Source: an uncultured Pseudomonadota bacterium
Lineage (GTDB): Bacteria; JAMCPX01
Direction: 5' to 3'
Assembly: GCA_964547905.1 (NCBI GenBank)
Contig: CAZJPN010000089.1
Location: 12,909 to 76,908 of the forward strand
DNA: 64,000 nucleotides
Below are positions 1 through 10,334 of the stretch, piece by piece. The position numbers and the translations under genes were made by a program. The notes under the pieces are model-generated. The model made no database searches. It was given only the letters and a program-made list of their open reading frames with translations, and was not told the DNA's origin. Every line of letters starts with the position of its first letter. The first letter of the stretch is position 1.

Positions 1-398
1 ATTCCCACCCGATCTACACCAGCATCTTCGCCCTCATCAACAAACCCGTCCCTGCAATCTTCGATGAGGTAACCATGGGCATAGGCAACATCACGGATAT
101 AATCCCATATGCTTTATCAGGTTCTGACCAACTTGTGGATAATGTTAAAACAAAATTATCCAACAGATGCAATTGTTATATATTACAAAACCATGGAGCA
201 TTGAGTATAGGTACAAACATCGGTAAGGCATTCAGAAGTCTCGAACTTATGGAGAAGTCGTCTCAGATATACTATTACGCACTCTCGACCGGAGAAAAGA
301 CCTCTACACTGCCGTCCGATATGTCAGACCTTCTGTTCCAGCTAATTAAGGCAGAGCAGGATAACGAGATAGAACGGAAAAAGAGCCAGACAAAATAA
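1..398 (+). CDS. Class II aldolase/adducin-family protein, 5'-truncated by the window start
   Basis: The frame is open from base 3 (HPIYTSIFALINKPV...). The C-terminal segment NHGALSIGTNIGKAF matches the class II aldolase C-terminal region. Stop at 396-398. Confidence 0.55.
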   Translation, partial: SHPIYTSIFALINKPVPAIFDEVTMGIGNITDIIPYALSGSDQLVDNVKTKLSNRCNCYILQNHGALSIGTNIGKAFRSLELMEKSSQIYYYALSTGEKTSTLPSDMSDLLFQLIKAEQDNEIERKKSQTK

Positions 399-520
399 AT
401 AATCAAAGGGCGACACATACACCACCCTGCACAAAGAGGTTGTCTTTTGTCATTCTTGCGAAAGCAGAAATCCGGAGGACCAAAAACTGTCCCCCAAAGG
501 CGGATCAGCCTCTGGCTGAA

Positions 521-541
521 ATTCCGCATCAAGTGCGGAAT
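521..541. terminator. Hairpin ATTCCGCA-tcaag-TGCGGAAT between convergent genes (aldolase / panD)
   Basis: 8-bp perfect stem, nested inside a longer-range GTCATTC...GAATGAC pairing. Lies in the 160-bp convergent spacer. Confidence 0.4.
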
Positions 542-559
542 GACACAAATTTTGTGAAT

Positions 560-943
560 TTATAACCCTGCCGGTGCCTGAATATTTTTCATTTCCTTTA
601 CGTGGTTTTTGCTATCCATGATCAAAATCTTGGGTGCATAATCAACAGGGATTTCTTCATCCGACATGTTCACAAAACTTGCTATTATAACAAGGTCCGA
701 CTTCTTGATAAGGTGGGCAGCAGCGCCGTTTATACCGATAATACCGGAACCCCTCTGTCCCTTAATTGCGTATGTCTCAAGCCTGTTTCCGCTCGTGACA
801 TCCCATATCTTGACCAGTTCGTATTCCTTTATGTCAGTAAGCTCCAACAGCTCTTCATCAATGGTTATGCTCCCCTCATAATCCAGATCGGCCTGTGTTA
901 CCGTAGCCCTGTGGATCTTTGATTTTAACATTATTCTTTCCAT
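560..943 (-). CDS. panD: Aspartate 1-decarboxylase
   Basis: 127 aa. [21 protein letters not shown]...VNGAAAHL aligns residue-for-residue with PanD, including the pyruvoyl-forming Gly-Ser site. Confidence 0.9.
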   Translation of the reverse strand: MERIMLKSKIHRATVTQADLDYEGSITIDEELLELTDIKEYELVKIWDVTSGNRLETYAIKGQRGSGIIGINGAAAHLIKKSDLVIIASFVNMSDEEIPVDYAPKILIMDSKNHVKEMKNIQAPAGL

Positions 944-968
944 TGCTCCTCCTTTTATGCTTTTTATT

Positions 969-1814
969 TTAATCTTTTTTCAAAGACATATTGTCTAGAA
1001 GCCTTACACTACCTGCGTAAGCAGCAACAACGATACGAGCATCATCCGAAACTTCATAATCGGATTTCAGTGTCCTCTCATTGATCACTTCAATATAATC
1101 TTCTTTTAACCCTGCCGATTGAATATCAGAACGTACAATGTCCTGAAGCTTCTTACCGTCCTTTAATCCTTTTTTAAAGGCATCCTCGGCATGAAACAGG
1201 CCTTGTGATATGGATACTGCCCTGTGTCTGTCATCAATTGAAAGGTATGCGTTTCTCGAACTCATGGCAAGGCCGTCCGGCTCCCTGATTATGGGCATAC
1301 CCTTGATCTCAACCGGCATATTCAGATCTTTAACCATCTGCCGGATAATAACAAGCTGCTGAAAATCTTTCTCTCCAAAGATAGCAATATGCGGCAGCAC
1401 TGCATTGAACAATTTCATAACAACAGTTGTAACGCCTTTAAAATGTTCCGGCCTTGTCTTGCCGCACAGTATGCCGGAAAGTTCTGAAACATATACCGAA
1501 GTTTTAAACGGATCGGGGTACATTTCTTGTACATCCGGATAAAAGATCCCATCGGTACCTGCTTTTTTCGCAAGACCGGCGTCCCGATCAAAGTCCCTCG
1601 GATATTTCGAAAAGTCCTCTTTGGGACCGAACTGCATGGGGTTTACAAACAGGCTCATGACAAGCACATCACCGCGTGTTTTGCCTTCTCGCAACAGGCT
1701 TATATGACCTTCATGCAGATACCCCATTGTCGGCACAAGCGATATTGTTTTCCCCATGGTCCTCTGTTCAAGGGAAAATTCCTGCATTTCATGTACAGTT
1801 TTGATAATCTTCAT
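969..1814 (-). CDS. panC: Pantoate--beta-alanine ligase
   Basis: 281 aa with the PanC HIGH-type motif [15 protein letters not shown]. Overlaps the panB stop by one base. Confidence 0.9.
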   Translation of the reverse strand: MKIIKTVHEMQEFSLEQRTMGKTISLVPTMGYLHEGHISLLREGKTRGDVLVMSLFVNPMQFGPKEDFSKYPRDFDRDAGLAKKAGTDGIFYPDVQEMYPDPFKTSVYVSELSGILCGKTRPEHFKGVTTVVMKLFNAVLPHIAIFGEKDFQQLVIIRQMVKDLNMPVEIKGMPIIREPDGLAMSSRNAYLSIDDRHRAVSISQGLFHAEDAFKKGLKDGKKLQDIVRSDIQSAGLKEDYIEVINERTLKSDYEVSDDARIVVAAYAGSVRLLDNMSLKKD

Positions 1815-2620
1815 TATTTATAGGTATGCTCTATTCCCGGAAACACACCTTCCTTGACATCTTTAACATATTGCTGGATTGCGTTTACGGCCATATCTTT
1901 TAATTGCGCATATTGTTTTACGAATGTCGGCTGCTTATTTCCGCCCAAGCCAAGCAGATCATGGAATACAAGCACCTGACCGTCAACATCCCTGCCTGCA
2001 CCTATACCAATGGTTGGTATGTGCAATTTTGATGTAATCTCTTTTCCAAGAGTACCCGGAATACCCTCGAGTACAATTGCAAATGCCCCTGCCTCTTCAA
2101 CTGCCAGGGCATCTCTTATTAAAGCATTGTAACTCTTTTCATCTCTTCCCTGTACCTTGTAACCACCCATTCTGTGTATGGACTGAGGAGTTAGTCCAAT
2201 ATGCCCCATAACAGGTATATCCACATTGACGATGGCCTTTATTACTTCTGCCATATTGCTGCCACCTTCCAGTTTTATCGCTTCGGCTCCGCCTTCTTTC
2301 AACAGCCTTCCTGCATTATAAACCGCATCACGGATACCGGTTTGATATGAAAGGAACGGCATATCGGCCACTACAAAACTGTATTCAACCCCTCTTACAA
2401 CGGCCTTTGTATGATAAATAATCTCTTCTACGGTTACCGGGAGGGTGTTTTTATAGCCATTCACAACCATGCCGAGAGAATCGCCAATAAGGATTATTTC
2501 AATCCCTGCTGTATCCGCTATTGCTGCAGATGGATAATCATAGGCAGTCAGCATGGCTATTCTTTCGCCTGCCTCATACAATTTTATTATGTTTGGTAAA
2601 GTTACCTTTTTTCTTTCCAT
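1814..2620 (-). CDS. panB: 3-methyl-2-oxobutanoate hydroxymethyltransferase
   Basis: 268 aa. N-terminus ...AMLTAYDYPSA is typical of PanB. Third gene of a panBCD operon on the minus strand. Confidence 0.9.
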   Translation of the reverse strand: MERKKVTLPNIIKLYEAGERIAMLTAYDYPSAAIADTAGIEIILIGDSLGMVVNGYKNTLPVTVEEIIYHTKAVVRGVEYSFVVADMPFLSYQTGIRDAVYNAGRLLKEGGAEAIKLEGGSNMAEVIKAIVNVDIPVMGHIGLTPQSIHRMGGYKVQGRDEKSYNALIRDALAVEEAGAFAIVLEGIPGTLGKEITSKLHIPTIGIGAGRDVDGQVLVFHDLLGLGGNKQPTFVKQYAQLKDMAVNAIQQYVKDVKEGVFPGIEHTYK

Positions 2621-2653
2621 TAAAAAAACTCCAGCCGAAACGGCTGGAGTTTT
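2621..2653 (-). promoter_or_regulatory. Stable GC hairpin plus U7 tract in the panB leader; the GGAG Shine-Dalgarno lies in the 3' stem arm
   Basis: mRNA sense: CUCCAGCC-GUUUC-GGCUGGAG-UUUUUUUA-AUG. 8-bp stem and 5-nt loop, immediately 5' of the panB start. Confidence 0.5.
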
Positions 2654-2831
2654 GACAGATCAAGCATTCCTCCCCGTCTCGGTCTTTTTACGGATCCAAG
2701 CGGTTTTGTGATTATAATATACAATTTATTATGCAATGTCAATGTTTTATTTATCCATGATAGTCGAATAAACAGAATTTTATTAATAAAGGTTGAAAAA
2801 AAACAAATATTACTGTATACTTATTTTATCT

Positions 2832-3566
2832 ATGAAAAGAATAACTATAATTTTATTGCTTTTGGGGTTAATTGGATGTGGTCCATCCGTGTTAAGTGTA
2901 AAAACGTCGTTTGAACAGGCTCAGGCTGCCTATAACAGGCTTCTTACAACACATCCGGAACTCATTGATACGCAGGGATACAGGATATACATGGCAAAGG
3001 CAAAGTCGGCCTACGATAACAACGATTTTGCAGATGCCGATAAATATGCAAAACAGGCAATGGAGCAGGCTGATAATGCATACAATACCAGGATACGACT
3101 CAATGCAGATACACGTAATCGCATCGAACTTACAAGAATTAAAATGGACAATCTGCTCGTACCCGGCCATGAGGAAGTGCATGAATTTTTTGAAGCAATA
3201 AACGCCTATAATAATGGTCAATACAGAGAATGCATATCCATGCTGTCCGATGTATCAAAACGACTGGATATAGATGCCCAAACAGCATTTTTGAATAAAG
3301 TAACATTGTATGTACCCGAAACCCTTTCGGCCAGGTTTGGCAGCAGCGTACCTGTATTTGCATTTCTTGGAAATGATCTAAAACTGCACAATAGGATCGC
3401 AAGCGTAAAAGGCCCGGTGGAAGTGGATTTCGTCAACCAATTTTTTGTTAACGAGAATTTTTCATACTTTCATATAAAAAGCGATAAACTCCACATAGAC
3501 GGCTGGGTATATCCACAGTTCGTTGTAATAGGTAAAATAAAACAAATAAAAGGGGAGGTAAAATAA
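2832..3566 (+). CDS. Predicted lipoprotein, function unknown
   Basis: Signal peptide with lipobox (LLLLGLIGCGPS). Start placed at the internal Met MKRIT. Stop overlaps the start of the next ORF. Confidence 0.6.
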   Translation: MKRITIILLLLGLIGCGPSVLSVKTSFEQAQAAYNRLLTTHPELIDTQGYRIYMAKAKSAYDNNDFADADKYAKQAMEQADNAYNTRIRLNADTRNRIELTRIKMDNLLVPGHEEVHEFFEAINAYNNGQYRECISMLSDVSKRLDIDAQTAFLNKVTLYVPETLSARFGSSVPVFAFLGNDLKLHNRIASVKGPVEVDFVNQFFVNENFSYFHIKSDKLHIDGWVYPQFVVIGKIKQIKGEVK

Positions 3567-3567
3567 T

Positions 3568-3807
3568 ATGATAAAGAAAAATGCTTTCGGTCTTGCATGC
3601 GGACTCGTAATAGGCCTGGGACTATTTATTTTGACGAATTACATGGTACTGCTTCATCATGGAGGCGGGACATTAATAAAATTAAATCAGATCTACTGGG
3701 GTTATTCTATAACGTTTGGCGGGTCGCTTCTATCCCTTATCTACGGGTTCGTTACAGGCTATCTTACAGGATGGTTTATCGCACTATTTTACAATATCTT
3801 CGCCTGA
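3568..3807 (+). CDS. Small two-TM membrane protein
   Basis: 79 aa with two hydrophobic helices. Coupled to the upstream lipoprotein gene by a TAAtATG junction. Confidence 0.5.
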   Translation: MIKKNAFGLACGLVIGLGLFILTNYMVLLHHGGGTLIKLNQIYWGYSITFGGSLLSLIYGFVTGYLTGWFIALFYNIFA

Positions 3808-3850
3808 TTGAAGTCTATCACATTATCTAACTTTATCTGGAATATACAGG

Positions 3851-6800
3851 GTGGATAATCTTACATACTATCTTGAAATACTCAAGCTTGAACCGGAAAA
3901 CATCTCTGCGTTAAAAGGGCTCACGGAGATATACAAAACAAATGAACAATGGGATAAGCTTATAGAAATATACGAAAAATTGTTCAGTCTTTCTCAGGGA
4001 GATGACGAACGTATAAATTACATAATAGATGTAGCCGATACGTATTACTATAAGTTAGCCGATATGAACAAGTCCATAGAATTTTATCTTGATGCACTCG
4101 AACTCAATCCATACGAACAAGGCGTTGTAGACAAACTAAAGAGTATAATGGAAAAGGCCAATGCTCTGGCAGAATTGAATATCCTGCTTGAAGGAGAGTG
4201 CCTTTTATTAAAAAACCCTGAACGGATCAACGATAATAATAACAAAATAATAAACAACTATATGATGCTTGATATGTATGATGATGCATTATCGCTACTT
4301 CCAAGATTAAAACCCCCTCCATCACAGGCCACAAAACACCTATACGAGAAATTACTCGAGAACAACATGCTTTCAAGGATTGTAGAATACAAAGATCTGT
4401 TCATAAACACATTCAATAACCCAGAAGACCTTTCCAACCTCTACGGTTCACTTGCAAAAATATATGAAGAAACAATAGGAGACCTCTACGAGACCGCATA
4501 TAATTACGAGATGGCTCTTGCATCAAATGCAGAAAATCAACAACAAATCGTTCAAAAATTAAGCGAGATATACTCCTCTATCGATGAGCCCGTAATGCTT
4601 TTGTCCATCCTGGTAAAAATGAGCGACTATGCCTCTCCGGAAGGGTCATTCGAACTCGATAAGAATATAGGATTATGCTACATAAAACTCGGAGATAATA
4701 CCTCTGCCCTGCCCTTTCTTAAAAATGCACTGTCGGCAAAACCGGATGACAAACCACTGCTGTACACAGTGCTTGATGCATATACAAATGCCGAAGACTC
4801 GGAAGGCACAATAGATACAGTAAAAAAACTCGTCGAAATTGAGGACAACGACGACAAAAAGGTGCTCCTTTATAAAAGAGCAATACCCATACTTATAGAA
4901 AACAAAGATTTCGACACCGCAAAACAATTGATAAATACGCTTATTGATATCACAGGGGATCGGTCCAACTATAAATTGCTCGAACAGATATATAAAGATA
5001 CAGGCGACTATAATAGTCTCGTAAAATTTTACCTCGAAAGACTCGACGGCAGGGAGGAGGAAAAGGATTCTGCATCGCTGTGGGCTGCACTTGGTGAGGC
5101 ATACTTAAAAGGATTCTCTCACTATGAATATGCAACAGATAGTTATGCAAGGGCTTTAACCCTTGATCCCGAAAATATGGATTATATGGAAAAACTTATA
5201 ACACTTTATTCATCATCGGAAAAATGGCAGGAAGCAGAACAGACAATACTGAAACTGTTGTCTTACGTAAAAGAGGCTGATAAAAAACTGTCATTACAGC
5301 TTAAACTCGGTGACATATATCTTTCGCATACAAAAGATTATAACAGTGCGGATGGTTTATACAATACGATACTTTCTTCCAATCCCAAAAATGAATACGC
5401 TCTATCAGCACTGGAAAGAATCTACAGGGAAACCAGCAACTACAAGGAACTCGCCGCGATACTCGAGAAAAAGCTGGCTGTAACAAACAACAAATACGAT
5501 ACACTCACAGAGCTCGGCTCTATACTTTTTGACAGAAGCATTGATGTAAAAAAGGCCGAGGGATATTTATTGCAGGCACTCGAGTCTAACCCGGAAGCTA
5601 ATTATGTAGTGGATGTCCTGAAAAGATTATATGAGACAACCGGGGATTATACAGGTTTTGAAAAACTGTATTCTTACTTGATAGATAAAACCAATCCCTC
5701 TGAAAAAATAAAAGTTGAACTTCTGCTCAAGCTCGGTCATATTATGTATGAAAAGCTTGCCATACCCGATAAAGCAATTTCAGCTTTCGAGAGAGCCGTA
5801 TCCTTGGAACCCGATAACAACGACGCAAATTTGTCTCTTTCTGCGCTATATTTTAACGCAGGAATATGGGAAAAAGCTGAGCCGCACTTCAATTTCTCTA
5901 TAAGCCATAATATCGTTGAACAAAAACAACTTCCGGAATTCTTGTTCAGGTATGCAAGGATTCTCGATAAATTGGGAAGACAGCAGGATTCTTTACTATT
6001 GTATAAAAAGGTATTCGAATTGAACAATAATGAAAAACGGTATGCAGAGGCATACGGATATTCCGCATACACAAACCGCGAATACGAAGGCGTTATCAGT
6101 GCATTTGAAACATTGATAAAGATATCCAAGGATGTCGAAAACATAAACGAAATTTATAAGAAATTGGTTTCTGCATATGAAGAAAAAAAAGACTACAGGT
6201 CTGCATCGGTTTATCTTATAAAACTTACGGAAAAAGAGCCGACAAATCAAGAATACTTCGGATGGCTTGAGAGGCTATGCATCGATGGCAAAGATTATTC
6301 GCTTCTTACAAGCGTACTAAAAAAAGAAGCAGAACTGAGTAAATCAGATGAAGGCACCATAATCATCAGCTTGAGGCGTGCCGCGATACAAGAAGAAAAA
6401 CTCGGCGATCCTGAATCTGCTGTAAAAACCCTTAAAGAACTCATAAAATCGGGAAAAACAAATGTCGACGTCTATATCAAATTAATCTCACTATACAAAA
6501 AACTTAACAATACAAAAGATTTAATACCGACAATACAAGAAACATTAAAATTGCAGATATCCGCGGAACAAAAGGTTAATTTATTGCTCGAGCTTGCGGA
6601 ACTCTTCACGGATGATAAACAAAAAGCGATTGCTCTCTATGAGGACGTACTGCTACTCCAGCCTGAAAACGATAGAGCATTCACAGCACTTTCCAAAACC
6701 TATGAGACATTAAAAGAATACAAGGCACTATCCGTAATTTATGAAAACAGGTTACCCAACATTCAAGCATCCGAGGATAAAATATTACTGCAAAAAAGGC

Positions 6801-9292
6801 TGGCATCCATAAAAGCAGAAAATCTTCATGATATGAATGGCGCTGTAGCTATTTATCAGGAAATACTAAGAAGCAAACCGTCCGACATCGAAACGTATCA
6901 GGCATTGGAGTCATTATTGCTGAAGCAGGGCGAACTGCGGGGCCTTAACGAACTGTATTTAAATGCTGCAAAGAATATCGAAAAACGTGAGATAAAACTT
7001 GATTCCTTCATCAAATCAGCAGAGCTGCTCGTTAATAAATTGAAAGATGAAAAGGGCGCGATTCTTTCTTATGAGGCTGCCCTGAGTATAGATAATACAA
7101 ACAGTGATATAATCATAAAAACGGCAAGGCTTGCAGCAAACCAGCAGTTGTATGATAAAGCTGCGATCTTTTATAAAGAAGCGGTGGCACTTGACAACAT
7201 ACCCGATGAAACAAGGGCAGATATTAACTTTGAATATGGAAAACTTCTAAAAGACAAAGGCTCTGCAAATGATGCTTATCAGGCTTATAAAGCTGCCTAC
7301 AACTTAAATCCATCCAATATTGATTACAGGCTTGCTTACGGCGAATCCGCGTATGCTATCGGATTGTATAAGGATGCATACGATGCATTAAAAAATATAA
7401 CATACGCCCATGAACGCGAGCTGCTGCCCGAGCAATTATTTCTCCTCTATAAAATACTTTCGGATATATCAAAAAGGCTTGGCAATATTCAACAGGCTGT
7501 AGAATACTTATTAAGAGCTATTGATATAAACAGCAAAGACATGGACAGCTTGATTACGCTCGATGAACTCACCTCGACTTTGGGCAACTACGAGCTCGAG
7601 ATAGAAGTACTTATCAAGTTATCAAAAATACTCGACAAACCGGTTGACAGGGTTCAGGTATTGATCAAGATCGCAAAGTTAAAACATGATAAGATTTATG
7701 ATCTTAACGGAGCAATCCCCCTCTTAAGAGAAGCAATGACGATATTGCCGGATAACACACAAATATGCAGCGAGCTTATCCAGATATACCGGGAACAATC
7801 CGATACCAACAATGAAATAGAGATACTTTTAAAACTACTCAAGATCGAAAAAAACAGCGATAATTTTGTTGCAGCGGCCATGAGGCTCGGAGAAATATAC
7901 ATTGAATTAAAAAACGACACTGAGACAGCAAAAAAATACTATCTTGAAGCCTTGAAAAAGCAGCCATCCTTTATACCGGCACTCAGGGGATTGGGAAAAA
8001 TATTCGAACTTCAGGGTAATTTGTCTGGTAAGGCTGAACTCTATCAGAAGTTCATCAAAATTCTTCTGCAGAAGGAGCCAAAGAATGTACTCCCGTTAAT
8101 AAAGGAACTCGGTGAACTGTATGCAACCAAAATGAACAAGAATGAACTCGCCATACAACAGTATCAGACTATAATAAATGTAGAGCCTTCTGATGCCGAT
8201 GCCCATTTTTTACTTGCAGAACTACTTTCAAAAAATAAAACAATGATAACAGATGCCGTAAGGGAGTACGGAATTGTACTCAAGTATAATCCGGAAAATG
8301 TATCGGTCATAAGGTTCCTTTCTAAATTCTCCGAGCAAAAAAAAGACTATGATCGTGTATTCGTATATTTGAGCACACTGAAGCTATTGGGTGAAGAAAA
8401 AGATCTTGAACGGATATTCGTAGAGGCAAACAAAAACAAACAACCACAGCGTCCAAAACTAACAATAACAGATGATCTATTTCTTTCCCATATCATGCAT
8501 ATGAAAACAAGGGGACCCCTGAAAGACATTATAAACATATTTTCTGATTATGGTGGAAGTTTATTCAAACCCGACGTAAAGCTTTACGGAGTCGGCAAAC
8601 AGGAAAGGATAACAACAAAATCCACATCATGGCAGGAATATAGTTTTCTGCTGCAATTACTCGGGCTAAAAGATATCGATATTTATCAAACAACCAAGGG
8701 TAACTTTAGGCTCATAATCGAAAATACGGACCCCCCTTCTTTGATCGTAAATATTCCATCTTTATCGGATTTCTCTGCAAAAGAAAGGGCATTTATAATA
8801 ACAGAATATTTAACATACATAAAATCAGGTTTTGTATTGCCAATAAAGCTCGGAAAAGAAAAATTCTCACTATTTATAAATGCATTGATTAAAATCTTAA
8901 ACCTATCAACAAGAACTCCCGCTGATAAGAATCCAAATCTTCAAACTGTATCTAATTCCTTAAGCGGTATGCTTACCAAAAAGCAACGGACCGCCCTTGA
9001 TGAACCTGTAAAAAAATATCTCAAGATGCCGGACAATTATATTGATGAATGGTTTAAGGGCATTGAAATGACAGGCATAAGGACTGCTTCATTCGTGGTT
9101 GGTGATATCGAATCAATATTCTCTTCACTTGTAAAATGGCATATAGGTAATGTTTCATTACTCTCGAACAAAGAAAACAGAAAAGGCATTTTTAACTCGT
9201 CCGAGCTTATGCAAGATACTCTACAGTTTTATCTATCCGACAGTCATTTCCTTTTAAGAAACAAGTTGGGAATGTCCATACTCTCGGTATAA
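3851..9292 (+). CDS. Giant TPR-repeat protein (1813 aa) with a ~370-aa non-TPR C-terminal domain
   Basis: GTG start. TPR-like repeats recur (A/Y/L periodicity, ...ALELNP..., ...AYNLNPSN...) through ~aa 1440. The last ~370 aa have no recognisable motifs. Stop is 1 nt before the GT9 start. Confidence 0.8.
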   Translation: MDNLTYYLEILKLEPENISALKGLTEIYKTNEQWDKLIEIYEKLFSLSQGDDERINYIIDVADTYYYKLADMNKSIEFYLDALELNPYEQGVVDKLKSIMEKANALAELNILLEGECLLLKNPERINDNNNKIINNYMMLDMYDDALSLLPRLKPPPSQATKHLYEKLLENNMLSRIVEYKDLFINTFNNPEDLSNLYGSLAKIYEETIGDLYETAYNYEMALASNAENQQQIVQKLSEIYSSIDEPVMLLSILVKMSDYASPEGSFELDKNIGLCYIKLGDNTSALPFLKNALSAKPDDKPLLYTVLDAYTNAEDSEGTIDTVKKLVEIEDNDDKKVLLYKRAIPILIENKDFDTAKQLINTLIDITGDRSNYKLLEQIYKDTGDYNSLVKFYLERLDGREEEKDSASLWAALGEAYLKGFSHYEYATDSYARALTLDPENMDYMEKLITLYSSSEKWQEAEQTILKLLSYVKEADKKLSLQLKLGDIYLSHTKDYNSADGLYNTILSSNPKNEYALSALERIYRETSNYKELAAILEKKLAVTNNKYDTLTELGSILFDRSIDVKKAEGYLLQALESNPEANYVVDVLKRLYETTGDYTGFEKLYSYLIDKTNPSEKIKVELLLKLGHIMYEKLAIPDKAISAFERAVSLEPDNNDANLSLSALYFNAGIWEKAEPHFNFSISHNIVEQKQLPEFLFRYARILDKLGRQQDSLLLYKKVFELNNNEKRYAEAYGYSAYTNREYEGVISAFETLIKISKDVENINEIYKKLVSAYEEKKDYRSASVYLIKLTEKEPTNQEYFGWLERLCIDGKDYSLLTSVLKKEAELSKSDEGTIIISLRRAAIQEEKLGDPESAVKTLKELIKSGKTNVDVYIKLISLYKKLNNTKDLIPTIQETLKLQISAEQKVNLLLELAELFTDDKQKAIALYEDVLLLQPENDRAFTALSKTYETLKEYKALSVIYENRLPNIQASEDKILLQKRLASIKAENLHDMNGAVAIYQEILRSKPSDIETYQALESLLLKQGELRGLNELYLNAAKNIEKREIKLDSFIKSAELLVNKLKDEKGAILSYEAALSIDNTNSDIIIKTARLAANQQLYDKAAIFYKEAVALDNIPDETRADINFEYGKLLKDKGSANDAYQAYKAAYNLNPSNIDYRLAYGESAYAIGLYKDAYDALKNITYAHERELLPEQLFLLYKILSDISKRLGNIQQAVEYLLRAIDINSKDMDSLITLDELTSTLGNYELEIEVLIKLSKILDKPVDRVQVLIKIAKLKHDKIYDLNGAIPLLREAMTILPDNTQICSELIQIYREQSDTNNEIEILLKLLKIEKNSDNFVAAAMRLGEIYIELKNDTETAKKYYLEALKKQPSFIPALRGLGKIFELQGNLSGKAELYQKFIKILLQKEPKNVLPLIKELGELYATKMNKNELAIQQYQTIINVEPSDADAHFLLAELLSKNKTMITDAVREYGIVLKYNPENVSVIRFLSKFSEQKKDYDRVFVYLSTLKLLGEEKDLERIFVEANKNKQPQRPKLTITDDLFLSHIMHMKTRGPLKDIINIFSDYGGSLFKPDVKLYGVGKQERITTKSTSWQEYSFLLQLLGLKDIDIYQTTKGNFRLIIENTDPPSLIVNIPSLSDFSAKERAFIITEYLTYIKSGFVLPIKLGKEKFSLFINALIKILNLSTRTPADKNPNLQTVSNSLSGMLTKKQRTALDEPVKKYLKMPDNYIDEWFKGIEMTGIRTASFVVGDIESIFSSLVKWHIGNVSLLSNKENRKGIFNSSELMQDTLQFYLSDSHFLLRNKLGMSILSV

Positions 9293-9293
9293 T

Positions 9294-10334
9294 ATGGATC
9301 GATTTCTTATAGTAAGATTCGGCTCAATCGGCAACACGCTCGTAAGTATTCCTGCTGTAAGGGCTATAAGAAAGGCTTATCCATCTGCATTCATATCCAT
9401 GGTTGTTTCTCCTGGTATAGATGAGTTACTGAGCGACATAAAATGGATTGATGAATTAATAGTTTATGACAAGTACGGCAGGCACAAAAGTTTATACGCA
9501 TATTTTAACTTTATACGCGGGATCAGGAGAAGGCACTTCAACATTGCTATCATGTTTAAGCGATTTCTTCGTAGTGAACTTATCGGTTTACTTTCCGGAG
9601 CCAAAACAAGGATCGGATTTGAAACTGACGGGAAATCCAATTTTCTGACAGACCGCGTTAAGTATGTGGAAGGAATGAACATAGTTGCACTTAATATGAT
9701 GCTCTTAAATCCCCTCGGCATACACGACACTGATCTGTCACTCGAACTCGATATCGACAATTGTACAGATTATGAAATTATGCGTCTTGTCAATGAATTG
9801 AAATCAAAGGGGCACAATATATATGCCGTTATACATCCAGGAGGAAAAACCGTAAAAGGTATGGGCCTGAGCATGAGTAGCTACGCAAGAATCATATCCA
9901 GATTAGAAGAACACTGCGATCTTCCCTGTTTCATCATCGGAAACAACGAAGACCACGGTACGATAAACGCAATAATAAAACTATCGAATAATGATTTGGC
10001 ATTAACAGCAGTTGGGCTTCCTTTAAAACAACTTAGCTGTTTAATAAAACATGCCTCCATATTCATTGGTAATGACAGCGGCCCCTGTCATATAGCCGAT
10101 GCAGTCGGTACACCGGGCATAATAATATACCCTCCGATGTACAATCTTGAAGAGCATATAAAAAAATGGAAGCCATCGGGAGAAAAATATATTGCCATTA
10201 CCCCAACAAAATCGTGTAAGAACTGTGATAGATATCCATGCGAAGACAGCTTAAAGATCCAGTGTATGGAAGATATTGATATTGAACCCATTTTAAATTA
10301 TACAGAACAAATCTTAAACGAGAGGCATATATGA
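9294..10334 (+). CDS. Glycosyltransferase family 9 (ADP-heptose:LPS heptosyltransferase-like)
   Basis: 346 aa with the GT9 signature GNDSGPCHIADAVGTPGIIIYPP near the C-terminus. Confidence 0.8.
   Translation: MDRFLIVRFGSIGNTLVSIPAVRAIRKAYPSAFISMVVSPGIDELLSDIKWIDELIVYDKYGRHKSLYAYFNFIRGIRRRHFNIAIMFKRFLRSELIGLLSGAKTRIGFETDGKSNFLTDRVKYVEGMNIVALNMMLLNPLGIHDTDLSLELDIDNCTDYEIMRLVNELKSKGHNIYAVIHPGGKTVKGMGLSMSSYARIISRLEEHCDLPCFIIGNNEDHGTINAIIKLSNNDLALTAVGLPLKQLSCLIKHASIFIGNDSGPCHIADAVGTPGIIIYPPMYNLEEHIKKWKPSGEKYIAITPTKSCKNCDRYPCEDSLKIQCMEDIDIEPILNYTEQILNERHI

Noticed and set aside
3597-3830. 77-aa basic ORF overlapping the small membrane-protein gene in another frame
   Set aside because: It is Arg/Tyr-rich low-complexity and fully overlaps an ORF with a clear 2-TM hydropathy pattern that is translationally coupled to the lipoprotein gene.
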